DNA of 64,000 nt from Eledone cirrhosa. Taxonomy: Eukaryota. The stretch's first letter is position 1. The number at the start of each line of letters is the position of its first letter. The stretch covers positions 228,098,001-228,162,000 of the forward strand of contig OZ024741.1 in assembly GCA_964016885.1 (NCBI GenBank), given 5' to 3'. Shown one piece after another: positions 63,551-64,000 of this stretch. The notes under the pieces were generated by a model, which was given only the letters and a program-made list of their open reading frames with translations, searched no databases and was not told where the DNA came from. A program made the translations under genes and the position numbers.

Positions 63551-64000
63551 AAGAATGAGAAATAAGATAGATTGAGGCGACGGGCAGGTTTGAATTGGGA
63601 AAAATGTCTTTAGATAAAAATAACAGGTCCATTCATGTTGACATCTCTTGGAAAACTGTTGATGATGGCGTTTTGTGTATGATTTATTTTTTTAGAAAAG
63701 TGGATGATGGAGCGCGTTTACCTGAAATAGAAAAAAAAAACGTTTTTTTAAAAAGAGCTATACTTGTGCACATGCGTAAGCATGTATGTGTCTGTGTGTT
63801 TGTTATTATACGTCCGTACGGAGCTAAGAAGAAATGTGTGTATATGTAAGTAAAAGAGCGTGTGTGCATGTAAGTACGAAGCAAAAGTATGTTAATATAA
63901 GGGTGTGTATGTGTGTATACAGAGCTGTGAAGGGAAAAGGGGAGTGAGCATATATAGTCTGTCTGTATTAGTTGTAAGAGAAGATGCTAATGATCAAGAG

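Overview
Eukaryotic, AT-rich, microsatellite-dense DNA made almost entirely of transposable elements. The repeat spectrum suggests an invertebrate, probably a cephalopod such as Octopus (inference). No host gene can be called confidently. Contents: (i) a head-to-tail array of Dong/R4-clade non-LTR retrotransposons (two families) in (TAA)n tracts, one with an intact >=950-aa RT+RLE ORF; (ii) a decayed Ty3/Gypsy provirus with both LTRs, PBS, PPT and TSD; (iii) two Tx1/L1-type LINEs plus a 3' fragment; (iv) six copies of a tRNA-derived SINE whose 3' end resembles the Tx1 3' end; (v) an internally deleted Helitron, a Tc1 relic carrying a CRE-like insert, and RTE fragments; (vi) at least five coding Penelope-like elements (PLEs) and many short non-coding pLTR/palindromic elements inserted in (TA)n. 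The most striking signal is about 20 type-I hammerhead ribozyme (HHR) motifs from roughly a dozen unrelated families. They include recurrent non-canonical cores (U3:A8 UUGAUAA/UUGAAAA, and CCGAUGA), 80-90 nt stem-II insertions, a ~320-bp tandem/foldback retrozyme-like element, and inversion junctions that fall at or inside the ribozyme. All folds and alignments were done by eye; boundaries are approximate unless a TSD or terminus is quoted.
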